Virus record (IMG/VR): IMGVR_UViG_3300026966_000012
Length of the DNA stretch: 64,000 nucleotides
Direction: 5' to 3' (one strand)
From: a virus
Lineage: Duplodnaviria; Heunggongvirae; Uroviricota; Caudoviricetes
How positions within the stretch are numbered: the stretch's first letter is position 1; each line of letters opens with the position of its first letter. The notes beneath the pieces are model-generated. The model saw only the letters and a list, made by a program, of their open reading frames with translations, had not been told where the DNA came from and ran no database searches. Shown in pieces: positions 1 through 8,583 of the stretch. The translations under genes were made by a program, and so were the position numbers.

Positions 1-422
1 CGGGCTGCTGTAGCCCAGCGCCCTTTCCGCTTTCGCGCGCCGCCCCGCGCCCGCCCTGTCTGGTCCGTCAACTCCGCGAGGTGATAGTAGAGGATCTGAT
101 TAAATGCAGGAATCGTGATGTGAATACAACCCATCTACCCCCACCGCCGTGGGCCCTACTCGGCGACGCCTTCTGACGGCCGTAGCCCCTACCCTCCAGG
201 GTTGGCTCACGGCCCCCCACGCCCCGTGTACCGGGATTCATGCGCCTGTCTACGCCTGTCTCATTTCATACTCTCCGATGATACGACCCCCTCTGTTTCA
301 TCTCCGCGACCCGTCGCGTCAAACCGGCGGTGTATCAGATAGTAGAAACATTTAATATCGTATCACTCCAAGGATAAGATAGGACACCGGTCAAAACCGG
401 TGGCCAACTGGAGTGACCAGAG

Positions 423-881
423 ATGGCAAACGAGACCCAGGCGACTGAGGCACAGCAGACGACCATCGCGGGCGACGTCGACGTCGTCGACCCAACGCAG
501 CACGTCGTGGGCTTCAACGCGAAGACGATGAAGCGCGCGAAGTGGGAGGAGTACGACTTCGTGGTGACGGAGTCCGGCAACGTCGAGGTGCGCAACGCGT
601 CCTACGGGGACGACGCGGACGAGCACACGTACCACGTGGTGACTGACGCCGCGGGCATCCCGAAGTGGTGCCTGCACGCGCTGAGCGACGCGCACGAGGA
701 CGACTGGAAGCCGTGCCCGGCGATGGCCTACCACGCGGCGAAGAAGAACAAGGCGACGGGCCTCGAGACCGACGAGCTCGTGGCGCGGGGCGAGTACAGA
801 GTGTGCAAGCACGCTCTCGCCTACGCGCGCAACGAGGCGATCGTTCAGGCGGTCCGCCGCGTCAAGCAGGGTGACAACTGA
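423..881 (+). CDS. hypothetical protein, first ORF of an early cassette
   Basis: 152-aa ORF with high GC3; preceded by the module hairpin ACCGGTCAAAACCGGT and CTGGAGTGACCAGAG immediately before the ATG. Confidence 0.6.
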   Translation: MANETQATEAQQTTIAGDVDVVDPTQHVVGFNAKTMKRAKWEEYDFVVTESGNVEVRNASYGDDADEHTYHVVTDAAGIPKWCLHALSDAHEDDWKPCPAMAYHAAKKNKATGLETDELVARGEYRVCKHALAYARNEAIVQAVRRVKQGDN

Positions 882-1072
882 TGTCGTGCCCGAATTGCGG
901 CGGGGAGACCGGGCCGAACCCGGTGCGCGACGACCCGCGGACGCCGGCGATGGGCGGGCACGATCCGGGACCGACCGTCGTGTTCTGCTCGGCGGAGTGT
1001 GTCGAAACGTATGACGGCGACCCCGTGCCGGCCACGTGGGGCATCGCTATCAGCAGCCCGGAGGGACAGTGA
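881..1072 (+). CDS. small zinc-ribbon protein
   Basis: 63 aa with CPNCG...CSAEC; ATGA overlap with the upstream gene. Confidence 0.5.
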   Translation: MSCPNCGGETGPNPVRDDPRTPAMGGHDPGPTVVFCSAECVETYDGDPVPATWGIAISSPEGQ

Positions 1073-1299
1073 TGTTCCTGTTGGATGTCTACGCGGACGC
1101 TCACGACGAGTACCCGGTGCGGACGCTCGAGGCGACTGGTGTGGGGACGGCGGTGCTGACGGCGGCCCGGACGGCCGAGTCCCTCGCGGACGAAGCGTGC
1201 CGGCTCCAGGTCGGCGCTGCTGGCGAGGATGAACTGTTCGAGATGTTCCCCGACCCGGGGCATGGGACCGTGGTGGTCCGGGAGGTCGGTCGCCGATGA
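1072..1299 (+). CDS. hypothetical protein
   Basis: Internal ATG of track ORF 1036..1299 (offset confirmed by protein index); GTGATG overlap with the upstream stop. Confidence 0.45.
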   Translation: MFLLDVYADAHDEYPVRTLEATGVGTAVLTAARTAESLADEACRLQVGAAGEDELFEMFPDPGHGTVVVREVGRR

Positions 1300-1490
1300 A
1301 CGACGTCGAGTACGCGCTCTCCTGTGTCGAGATCGTGCACGGCTACCGCGATTACGTTCCGGAGGAGGTGCTGATGGGCGAGCCCGAGGTCGAACGGTTC
1401 GACAGTGCAGTGGCGAAGCTCGAACGCGCGATCGAGATGATCGATCCCGACGACCTCGCAGCCTACCACCAGCAGCGGGAGGCCGAGTGA
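1296..1490 (+). CDS. hypothetical protein
   Basis: 64-aa ORF; ATGA overlap. Confidence 0.45.
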   Translation: MNDVEYALSCVEIVHGYRDYVPEEVLMGEPEVERFDSAVAKLERAIEMIDPDDLAAYHQQREAE

Positions 1491-1669
1491 TGGTGGCCCG
1501 GCCGCGGCGCTGGATGGTGGTGACCGACGCCTGGACTGACGCTGAGTCGCCCGTGTTCCGTCGCATCCGGTCGAAGTTGGAGGCGCACAAGCTGGCACAG
1601 TTAACCGTGCGAGCGTACGACGATGGACGCCCGGTCGATGTCGTGGAGGACCTGAGCGATGAGCGGTAA
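1490..1669 (+). CDS. hypothetical protein
   Basis: Internal ATG (index 87) of track ORF 1229..1669, overlapping the previous stop (TGATG). Confidence 0.4.
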   Translation: MVARPRRWMVVTDAWTDAESPVFRRIRSKLEAHKLAQLTVRAYDDGRPVDVVEDLSDER

Positions 1670-1781
1670 CGTGCGCTGGCGGGGCCAGGAGTTCGGCGAC
1701 GGCCAGTTCATCGTCTGGGAGGGTGACCCGAACACGTCGAAGGCGTACGTGGCCGGGACGCCAGTCCCGAACGAGCCCTGA
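1659..1781 (+). CDS. small hypothetical protein (40 aa)
   Basis: Untracked ORF MSGNVRWRGQEFGDGQFIVWEGDP...; ends exactly at the conserved terminator motif GCTGTTCCGCTTTTGCGCC. Confidence 0.3.
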   Translation: MSGNVRWRGQEFGDGQFIVWEGDPNTSKAYVAGTPVPNEP

Positions 1782-1812
1782 GCTGTTCCGCTTTTGCGCC
1801 GCGCCCCGCCGC
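1781..1812 (+). terminator. conserved cassette terminator motif (T-tract in a GC context)
   Basis: CCGCTTTTGCGCCGCGCCCCGCCG; one of at least 13 copies. Confidence 0.45.
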
Positions 1813-1993
1813 TCGCCGACCCTGTCGTGTTTTCCTGTCGCCCCCTCGCGCGGCGTGGTGCGGCAACCCGGTGCCCTTGCGATGTCTCGGGTTTACCAGC
1901 AGTATCAAGTTATTAACATATCTTTATACTCGCTCCTCTCTTAGGTTAGGATAGGCACTGGGGAAACCCGGTGGCCATCTGGAGTGAAATCGA

Positions 1994-3658
1994 ATGGCAA
2001 GCAGTGACAACGACGTGGAGTACAGCACGGGACAGATCGGCGTCGACGAGGAGCGTATCATCGACGAGCTGATCTTCAGCCAGGCGGAGGGCATCGTCGA
2101 CGGCATCCGCGAGCTGGCGCAAAACGGCGTCGACGCACCCGGCTCGACGAAGGTCGAGATCAACGTGACCCCGGAGCGGACGGTCGTGGTCGACGACGGA
2201 GACGGGATGGACCTGAGCGACGAGTCGGTCCGGGAGTTCCTGACGAACCTGGGCCAGTCGACGAAGATCGACGATGAGGAGACGATTGGCCAGTTCGGCA
2301 TCGGCTTCGGTCAGGCGCTGGCGGTCGGGAAAGTGATAGTGCACAGCCAGGACTCGAAGGTCGAGTTCGACGCGAAGAACTGGTTCCGCGACTACCGGCT
2401 GTACGAGGCCGAGGAGCACTTCGACGGCACGAAAGTGACGATCGAGCACTACGAGGACGAGGTGCCCGAGGCGGGCGCGAGTGAGTGGTCCGACCACCTC
2501 GCCGACATCCGCACCCGGTTCCAGTACATGGAGCTGGTCAAGGGCGTTGAGGTGTGGCTGAACGACGAGCAAGTATCCGGATACGACCCGGCTGAGGACG
2601 ATGAGAACGCCACCGTCTACGACTCGGAACTGGCGTACATGGTCCTGAAGCACGAGAGTTACGACTGGATAACGGTGTACTCGGCGGGCCTGAAAGTCAC
2701 GGACGTCCGCGGCCACGGCATCGGGGGCACCGTGATCACGAAGCGCAACCTCGAGCTGAACACGGCGCGGAACAGCATCCGGTCTGGGTGCGAGGTCTGG
2801 CCCGAGGTCGAGGCCGAGATCGAGGAGGCACGTGTCGAGCTCCTGGACGCCGTCTCTGATTCGAAGCTGACGAACAGTGGTCGCGCGGCCGTGGGCCGCC
2901 TGGCCGCCCAGGGACACGAGGGGTTCGAGGACCGCGAAGTGTTCAAGCTGGCGAACGGTGAGATGACCACCCTCGAGACGATCCAGAGCCGAGACAGCAT
3001 CATGTTCGCTGACCAGACGGACAAGGCCGGGGGCAAGCTGGCTGACCACGGGAAGACCGTCCTGATGCGCAGCGATGGCGCGGTTCAGGCGATTCGGGAA
3101 GCGGTGAACCTCGGTCAGCTGAGCATCCCGGAGACGAAAGACGTCCAGGCGTCGGCGGCCGCGATGGGCATCGCGAACGGCTACGAGATCCTCGAGCCCG
3201 AGGAGTTCCACAGCAAGCCCCTGGCGATGGCCCGCATCCTGCGGGAGAAGATGGAGCAGTACAGCCCCTACGCGCTGGACCGGGAGATCGTGGCCGGAGC
3301 GGATAGCGGGGCCAACGCGTGGACGAAGCCGGACCCGTCGACCCTGAACCCGGTGGAGACGGCGGCGATCGCCGACTCTGAGTTCGAGTCGTTCGTCGCG
3401 ATCACGGACACCGCCTACAGCCAGTTGGCGAGCGAGGTCCTCGTGCTCGAGCTGTGGCGCATCCTGGCTCACGAGTTCGCCCACACGGAGGATTCGACGG
3501 GTGAGCCGTCCCACGGGTCGGGCTTCGCGATGCGCTTCCGCAAGATCCTCGACAAGACCCAGCCGGCGGCCGTCGAGCTCCTGAACGAGATTCGCCAGGA
3601 TGGTGTCACGGCAACGTTCGAGCGATACGACCACGGCGTCCCACACGCCCGCGCCTAA
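1994..3658 (+). CDS. GHKL-family ATPase (HATPase_c) with a C-terminal HExxH motif
   Basis: N-box ELAQNGVDA, G1 VDDGDGM, G2 GQFGIGFGQA; C-terminal ILAHEFAH; hairpin and CTGGAGTGAAATCGA leader before the ATG. Confidence 0.7.
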   Translation: MASSDNDVEYSTGQIGVDEERIIDELIFSQAEGIVDGIRELAQNGVDAPGSTKVEINVTPERTVVVDDGDGMDLSDESVREFLTNLGQSTKIDDEETIGQFGIGFGQALAVGKVIVHSQDSKVEFDAKNWFRDYRLYEAEEHFDGTKVTIEHYEDEVPEAGASEWSDHLADIRTRFQYMELVKGVEVWLNDEQVSGYDPAEDDENATVYDSELAYMVLKHESYDWITVYSAGLKVTDVRGHGIGGTVITKRNLELNTARNSIRSGCEVWPEVEAEIEEARVELLDAVSDSKLTNSGRAAVGRLAAQGHEGFEDREVFKLANGEMTTLETIQSRDSIMFADQTDKAGGKLADHGKTVLMRSDGAVQAIREAVNLGQLSIPETKDVQASAAAMGIANGYEILEPEEFHSKPLAMARILREKMEQYSPYALDREIVAGADSGANAWTKPDPSTLNPVETAAIADSEFESFVAITDTAYSQLASEVLVLELWRILAHEFAHTEDSTGEPSHGSGFAMRFRKILDKTQPAAVELLNEIRQDGVTATFERYDHGVPHARA

Positions 3659-3940
3659 GCGGGCCGTGGCGCGGCAACCCGGCGTCGGACCGGCGTGATG
3701 CTGCGGATCGAATCCGCCCGACGTCCTGGCGGCCTTCGCTACTGTCAAGTGAAGTGACCGCCTACACCCGCCTGGATGGGTCGGAGCCGTTTGTGGTAGG
3801 CTCATAGGCGGTGCGCCCGACCCGTCCCACTCCAGGTGGCCACGGCGTTTGCGATCGGGCTGGCTCCCTCGGGAGCTAAGTGGTCGCGACCGCGGGGTAT
3901 CGCTCCCCGTGTCACCTTTCGTACTGATTGCTCTGATACC

Positions 3941-3977
3941 GTGTACGTACGTACAGACGCGTGTGTACGTACATACA
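3941..3977. repeat. alternating purine/pyrimidine (GTACGTACA) palindromic element
   Basis: gtgtacgtacgtacagacgcgtgtgtacgtacataca; family of 6 copies. Confidence 0.5.
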
Positions 3978-4076
3978 GCCTTTCGGAATCCTGACTTGTC
4001 AGAACCCTTTATTACCGTATCCTGAGAAGGATTACATGGACCTCGAGAAAGCCGAGGCCAGCTGGAGTGACCAGAG

Positions 4077-4388
4077 ATGACAGATACAGCACGACTTGTC
4101 GTGAATGGCTATGTGGAACCGAGCGAGCGAGATACCCGAATTGTGTCGATCCTGGGGAGTCTGGCCGGCGTCCCGGACGGCCACCAGTTCGACTATCGCG
4201 GGATGACGATCGAAAAGCGCGTGACGACCGAGCGAGCGCGGCGCGAACCCGAGATCGCTGTCTACGACCCTGACGGCGAGTACGTCGACCAGTTCCAACC
4301 GCTCCTGTTCTCGTCGTACGAGATCGTGGAGATGCTCGACGAGATGCGAGCCTACTGGGTCGAGGAGAGTCGCGCCACGGCACTGTGA
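4077..4388 (+). CDS. hypothetical protein
   Basis: 103 aa; module leader CCTCGAGAAAGCCGAGG + CCAGCTGGAGTGACCAGAG before the ATG. Confidence 0.55.
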   Translation: MTDTARLVVNGYVEPSERDTRIVSILGSLAGVPDGHQFDYRGMTIEKRVTTERARREPEIAVYDPDGEYVDQFQPLLFSSYEIVEMLDEMRAYWVEESRATAL

Positions 4389-4468
4389 TCGTGGCCGCGA
4401 CAGCGGTCGCAGTCGTGGTCGTCGGCCTGTGGCTGTTCTACGCCCTGGTCGTCTACCTCGAGTTGTGA
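4385..4468 (+). CDS. tiny hydrophobic peptide (27 aa, predicted single TM)
   Basis: GTG start overlapping the upstream stop (GTGA); VIVAATAVAVVVVGLWLFYALVVYLEL. Confidence 0.3.
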   Translation: MIVAATAVAVVVVGLWLFYALVVYLEL

Positions 4469-4486
4469 CCGAAAACTGGTATTTAC
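4469..4486 (+). promoter_or_regulatory. CGAAAACTGGTATWTA promoter motif, copy 1
   Basis: Same motif found upstream of the protease, sheath and TMP genes. Confidence 0.4.
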
Positions 4487-4520
4487 CGCGTGGGGCCTAC
4501 CGTGACATGGAGTACCAGAG

Positions 4521-4841
4521 ATGCCCCGACCGATCGAACGGATGGGTTGTGTTGCCGACCGACTGAGCGACGAGTGGGAGCTCGATGACATCGTGATCGA
4601 GCCGTCGGCGACCGTGACAGCAATCTACCGTCACGTATCCGGGGCGTACGTCATGTGGTCGGCCGACCCGGGACACACGGTACAGTTGTGGGAGGCCGAC
4701 GGATCGGTCGAGACGTGGCTCGATGACGACGAGTTCGCTGACCTGGATTCGGCGACCGAAACTGTCCAGACCTGCGTGGAAGTCATCGAACATGCGACCA
4801 ACCGCGCCCTACCACCAGCAGCGTCGACCCCGCGCCCGTAA
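4521..4841 (+). CDS. hypothetical protein
   Basis: 106-aa ORF, high GC3. Confidence 0.5.
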   Translation: MPRPIERMGCVADRLSDEWELDDIVIEPSATVTAIYRHVSGAYVMWSADPGHTVQLWEADGSVETWLDDDEFADLDSATETVQTCVEVIEHATNRALPPAASTPRP

Positions 4842-5016
4842 CGTTCCGCTTTTCCGCACCGCCTGCGCCAACCTGTCGACTTCCCGATTCAGTCTGACCT
4901 TGCTACGTTGTGTGATTACGGGCAAACACCTCAGATATACATATATTAATATTCACTCCACCCTTAGGTAGAAGTAGGCCAGGAAAACTGGCCCACCCGA
5001 ACGGAGATAGAGAAAG

Positions 5017-5166
5017 ATGCGATACAGAGTCTACGGTACGCACAGTGGCAACGAGTTTCAGGCACCTGTCGACGCAGTCGATGCGAGTGACGCGGTCGAC
5101 GAGTTCCTCGAGTCGGTCGAGGACCCGACCGAGTTCAGCGACGTCGAGGCCGAGGTCTGGGGGTAG
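5017..5166 (+). CDS. small acidic protein (49 aa)
   Basis: Untracked ORF after the module hairpin GGCCAGGAAAACTGGCC + CACCCGAACGGAG. Confidence 0.4.
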   Translation: MRYRVYGTHSGNEFQAPVDAVDASDAVDEFLESVEDPTEFSDVEAEVWG

Positions 5167-5169
5167 CCG

Positions 5170-5340
5170 ATGTCTGGCGAACCCCACACGGGCCCGATCG
5201 ACGCACACGTGTGCGAGCTCGAACCGCTCGATGGCGACGAGTTCGCGACCGTCCACAGCAAGGGCCAGTGCACGATCTGCGGGACCGTGACGACGCCGGC
5301 CCGGGGCGTGAAGAACGCGAAGCGACAGCGGATGTGGTAG
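5170..5340 (+). CDS. small zinc-ribbon-like protein (56 aa)
   Basis: Untracked ORF MSGEPHTGPIDAHVCELEPLDGDEFATVHSKGQCTICG... Confidence 0.35.
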   Translation: MSGEPHTGPIDAHVCELEPLDGDEFATVHSKGQCTICGTVTTPARGVKNAKRQRMW

Positions 5341-5342
5341 CG

Positions 5343-5651
5343 ATGGAGACAGAGAACGTCGCGATCGTCTCGCTGGAGGCGGCTGAAGTTGCCCGACGCG
5401 AGTTGGACATCCTGATTGAACAGACTGGCGGCCCGAACGCCGGGATCGATGAGTCGTGCTCGCCGATGGCCCTCGCGCGCCAACGCATCGAGCGCCTGGA
5501 AGGCGAAGGGATAGACCCGTTCACCGTGGCGACTGTGCTGCAAGTCATGTACGGCGTCGCGGAGGAGCGTGGTGTCGAGATCAGTAGCGCCGACCCGTTG
5601 CAGGACGACGTCTTCCGGGCACGAAGCGAGTTCGAGTCGGATCTCGAGTAG
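5343..5651 (+). CDS. hypothetical protein
   Basis: Internal ATG (METENVAIV) of track ORF 5211..5651, directly after the upstream stop. Confidence 0.45.
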   Translation: METENVAIVSLEAAEVARRELDILIEQTGGPNAGIDESCSPMALARQRIERLEGEGIDPFTVATVLQVMYGVAEERGVEISSADPLQDDVFRARSEFESDLE

Positions 5652-6059
5652 TCTCGACCCTGCTGCGGTTTGCATCGTTCCTGGTGGTAGTGAGCGGTTC
5701 GATTCCGTGACGATGCCTGGCCCCCGAGCCCTCAGACGATACGTTGATAGGTTCGCGGGGCCTATGCTCACGCGGCATCCGTTAGTGATGCCGTTCCGTT
5801 CGGGTGGGATAGCACGCGTCGGGCTGTCTCGGCAAGGGCAACCACGTCAGTCGAGATCAGAGGCTCGTGCAAACCCGTTGCCCGGGGCATTTGTCCCCGG
5901 GCGCCCTTTGGTACCGCCTCGAGCGAGAGCTCTTGTTCTCTGACATCGCGTATCCGCGCCCGAGCGCGCAAACCCGGTGTGATCATGCTACGATCCTGTT
6001 CTATCAGCAATATTATCTGACAAAGATATTATTATATCAGCTCCAGCCTAAGGTAAAGT

Positions 6060-6200
6060 ATGGCACGAAAAAGCCACTCGAGCGGAGATAGCGTGAACAA
6101 GCAGCGGTACCGCGGCAACGAGTCGACCGCCGACTTCGACCTGGGCGACGCACTGAGCCAGATCTCGGAGAGCCGCGAGGAGGACGAGGACGATGAGTGA
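6060..6200 (+). CDS. small acidic protein (46 aa), N-terminus MARKSHSSGD
   Basis: ATG inside the module hairpin TGGCACGAAAAAGCCA + CTCGAGCGGAG; untracked. Confidence 0.45.
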   Translation: MARKSHSSGDSVNKQRYRGNESTADFDLGDALSQISESREEDEDDE

Positions 6201-6402
6201 GCGCATGCACCGGGAGCCGAGCAAGTTCTCGGCTGACGAACTGTCAATCGGCGACGAGATCGTGGTCGCTGGCCTCGTCCACGAGGTCATGTCGGTGGGA
6301 GAGCCCGGGAAGCAGTGCCTCGTGCGGACGGACCGGGGCGCGTTCTCGAAAGACGGCCTGAGTAGCGGGATCGACGACGGCTCCGTGGAGGTGCGCGACT
6401 GA
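6193..6402 (+). CDS. hypothetical protein
   Basis: 69 aa; ATGAGTGA overlap. Confidence 0.45.
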   Translation: MSERMHREPSKFSADELSIGDEIVVAGLVHEVMSVGEPGKQCLVRTDRGAFSKDGLSSGIDDGSVEVRD

Positions 6403-6602
6403 TGCCGATGGCATGGGGCCTCGACGAGTCGTGCCCAGACTGTGGCGAGGACGAACTGATCTGGTGGACGAAAGACGAGACTGAACGTGTCGACGAGGTG
6501 AAGGTGGACTGCACCGCCTGCGGGATGGCGTTCCCGAAGGAGATCGTCGAGAAGACTGACGACACTCCTCGCGAGGAGATTGCACGGGGGATCGTCGCAT
6601 GA
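6402..6602 (+). CDS. zinc-ribbon protein
   Basis: CPDCG...CTACG. Confidence 0.5.
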   Translation: MPMAWGLDESCPDCGEDELIWWTKDETERVDEVKVDCTACGMAFPKEIVEKTDDTPREEIARGIVA

Positions 6603-7225
6603 GCTTCGAGTTCGACGAGGACTACGAGCTCGATGCGATGTTCGAGGGCGCGACCGAGTTCGACCCCGAGTACCAGCGCGAGCGGATGCGCGAACAGCTG
6701 GAGATCGCGGCCTGGGACATCCGTGAGGGACACGTCGAGGACGGCGAGACTTGGACGATCGAGGAGCCCAGCGTGCTGACGCCGGACCCGCTCGACGACA
6801 CCGACTTCGAATGGACGCTGCGCTTCGACGACATCGACGTGCTCGGTGACGAGAGTGTTCCCGGTGTGTTCGAAGTGATGGACCCGGAGGGAGAGTACGC
6901 CGGTCAGTTCGGTGCGTACGAGGATGGCGAGGAGCTGTTGAACGCGCTGGGCCACATCGCCCAGACGTTCCACCGCGACCGGGAGATCGCGAAGTTCCAC
7001 GCCCGCGTCGACGAGATGGAGCCCGGCGACAGTCACCTGCTCCCGAGTGGGAAGATCGAGCTGCGCGATGCCGAGAAGGCCGCGATCTTCGGCCCGGGTT
7101 ACGAGGAGCGGGTCGTGACCAACGCCGACAAAGTGACGCCGAAACTCGTCAAGCGCGTCGAGGGCGACTGGCGGGCTGAGATGCGCGAGAAGTACCGCGG
7201 GACCCCGATGGAGGAGGAGTTCTGA
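6599..7225 (+). CDS. hypothetical acidic protein
   Basis: 208 aa, high GC3. Confidence 0.55.
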   Translation: MSFEFDEDYELDAMFEGATEFDPEYQRERMREQLEIAAWDIREGHVEDGETWTIEEPSVLTPDPLDDTDFEWTLRFDDIDVLGDESVPGVFEVMDPEGEYAGQFGAYEDGEELLNALGHIAQTFHRDREIAKFHARVDEMEPGDSHLLPSGKIELRDAEKAAIFGPGYEERVVTNADKVTPKLVKRVEGDWRAEMREKYRGTPMEEEF

Positions 7226-7399
7226 ATGACCTACGAGATTCCGGCCAACGCAAGTGACAGAGACGAACGTATCGCCGAGCGGATGAACGAGATGCTGTTC
7301 AACGAGTTCGACATCCCGCTCGATGATTTCGAGATCCTGAGTGAAGAAGCAGGCTCGTTCGAGATCACGATCGAACCAGGTGTCGGGACGGTGGACTGA
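7226..7399 (+). CDS. small hypothetical protein (57 aa)
   Basis: Untracked; starts 1 nt after the upstream stop. Confidence 0.35.
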   Translation: MTYEIPANASDRDERIAERMNEMLFNEFDIPLDDFEILSEEAGSFEITIEPGVGTVD

Positions 7400-7539
7400 T
7401 GGGCGTCCCCGTGGGTGAGGCTGATGGTGAGTTCGCTGTGGAGCTGACGTGCGTCGCCTGTGAGGGCACGTTCGAGACCGATGAGACGATGCCCAACGAT
7501 TGCCCCGAGTGTGGGCGGCTGAGCTACACCGCGGCCTGA
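7399..7539 (+). CDS. small zinc-ribbon protein (46 aa)
   Basis: CVACEG...CPECG; followed by terminator motif CCGCTTTTGCGCACCGCCCCGTCG. Confidence 0.4.
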   Translation: MGVPVGEADGEFAVELTCVACEGTFETDETMPNDCPECGRLSYTAA

Positions 7540-7607
7540 CCGCGCTCCGCTTTTGCGCACCGCCCCGTCGAATGAGTTATCAGTTTTGCGGTAGTATCGC
7601 CGAATAG

Positions 7608-8120
7608 ATGAGTGACGATCGCAAGCCGTGGGAGAACCCCGTGACGCTGGCGCGGGCCTACGCCGAGTACGGCTCGGCTGAAGGCGTCGCTGACGCCTGG
7701 GGCTGTTCCGAACGGACGATCCGAACGTGGCTGCACGAGCACGACGAGATCCGCGTCAAGCGACAGGGTCGACGGCCGAGCTGGGAAGACACCGAGCCCC
7801 CGAACCACGTCCTCGAAGACGACGAGGGCTACGAGATCGTCGAGGCGTTCGTTCCCGTCCGCGACGACCGTGGCGAGCTCGTGAAGATCGAACGCAAAGC
7901 CGTCCGCATGCACCGGCTGATGTGTGTCCTCGAGTGGGGGTTCGACGCCGTCTGCGACATGGAAGTGCATCACCAGGATGGAATGAAGTTGCATAACTTG
8001 CCGCGGAACCTGGTGCCGCTCGATCACCTGACGCACGCGAACATGCAGACGCATCGGCGCTGGCGGATGCCCTGGGTCGGTGACTACGAACAGGGCGACC
8101 CCGGCCCAGTGGACGCGTAG
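7608..8120 (+). CDS. HNH endonuclease with an N-terminal HTH
   Basis: HTH segment GCSERTIRTWL; HNH core EVHHQDG...NLVPLDHLTHANM. Confidence 0.65.
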   Translation: MSDDRKPWENPVTLARAYAEYGSAEGVADAWGCSERTIRTWLHEHDEIRVKRQGRRPSWEDTEPPNHVLEDDEGYEIVEAFVPVRDDRGELVKIERKAVRMHRLMCVLEWGFDAVCDMEVHHQDGMKLHNLPRNLVPLDHLTHANMQTHRRWRMPWVGDYEQGDPGPVDA

Positions 8121-8135
8121 TGGGTTACGTCTGGT

Positions 8136-8282
8136 GCGTATCCCACGTGTCGCGCGCGTTTCACGGGTCGCGTATCCCGCGCGCGTTATCCCAGGTGCGT
8201 ATCCCGGGCCCTCGTTCTCGTGTACAGCGTATCCCTTGTGAGAGCACGCGAGAGCCCTCTCCCCCAGTAGAGATACGCACCC
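8136..8282. repeat. iteron-like cluster: 5 direct GCGTATCCC repeats plus 1 inverted copy
   Basis: Copies near 8136, 8170, 8183 (GCGTTATCCC), 8197 and 8227; inverted GGGTGCGTATC near 8272. Confidence 0.55.
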
Positions 8283-8391
8283 TTCGCATATCAATCGAGT
8301 TACGTAAGCAGCTATTGCCGATTCGGCGCCCCAGCGCGGCAACCCGGTGATTGCCAACCCCTAATCTATGACTCATGTTGATAAAGAAACA

Positions 8392-8399
8392 CTTAATAT
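8392..8399 (+). promoter_or_regulatory. TATA box of a cassette promoter
   Basis: acttaatatc lies about 26 nt upstream of the ATG at 8422. Confidence 0.45.
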
Positions 8400-8421
8400 C
8401 CCTCCACTCTTAGGTTAAGAT

Positions 8422-8583
8422 ATGGGACAAAAATCCCAACTCGGGCGGAACGAGGTACAGAGCGTCAAAATTGAAACGCAGGGCTCCCATGCTACGCTCT
8501 CACACATCGAGGGCGTGTGGATCGAGGATGGAGAGCTGGTCATCCGCACCCTCGAGGACTTGCCAATTCACGGAGAAATCTGA
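8422..8583 (+). CDS. small protein (53 aa), N-terminus MGQKSQLGRNE
   Basis: ATG embedded in hairpin TGGGACAAAAATCCCA; untracked frame (track ORF 8471..8809 is a different frame). Confidence 0.4.
   Translation: MGQKSQLGRNEVQSVKIETQGSHATLSHIEGVWIEDGELVIRTLEDLPIHGEI

Noticed and set aside
149-355. Track ORF 149..355 (+) and others lying inside the conserved non-coding repeat copies (for example 10529..10945, 14284..14601)
   Set aside because: They overlap the repeated non-coding element and lack the promoter/hairpin context; Pro/Arg-rich translation.
1946-3805. Long minus-strand ORF (619 aa) antisense to the GHKL ATPase gene, and similar long antisense ORFs (24124..25470, 54466..55968, 31581..32717, 59753..60883, 33379..34575, 13076..14197, 9664..10557, 63287..63982)
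   Set aside because: Arg/Leu/Val-rich low-complexity translations typical of antisense frames in GC-rich DNA; the sense-strand genes have recognisable domains and consistent GC3.
8120-8340. CRISPR array
   Set aside because: GCGTATCCC repeats are only 9-10 bp with irregular 13-32 bp spacing and an inverted copy, which is not CRISPR-like; no cas genes in the window.
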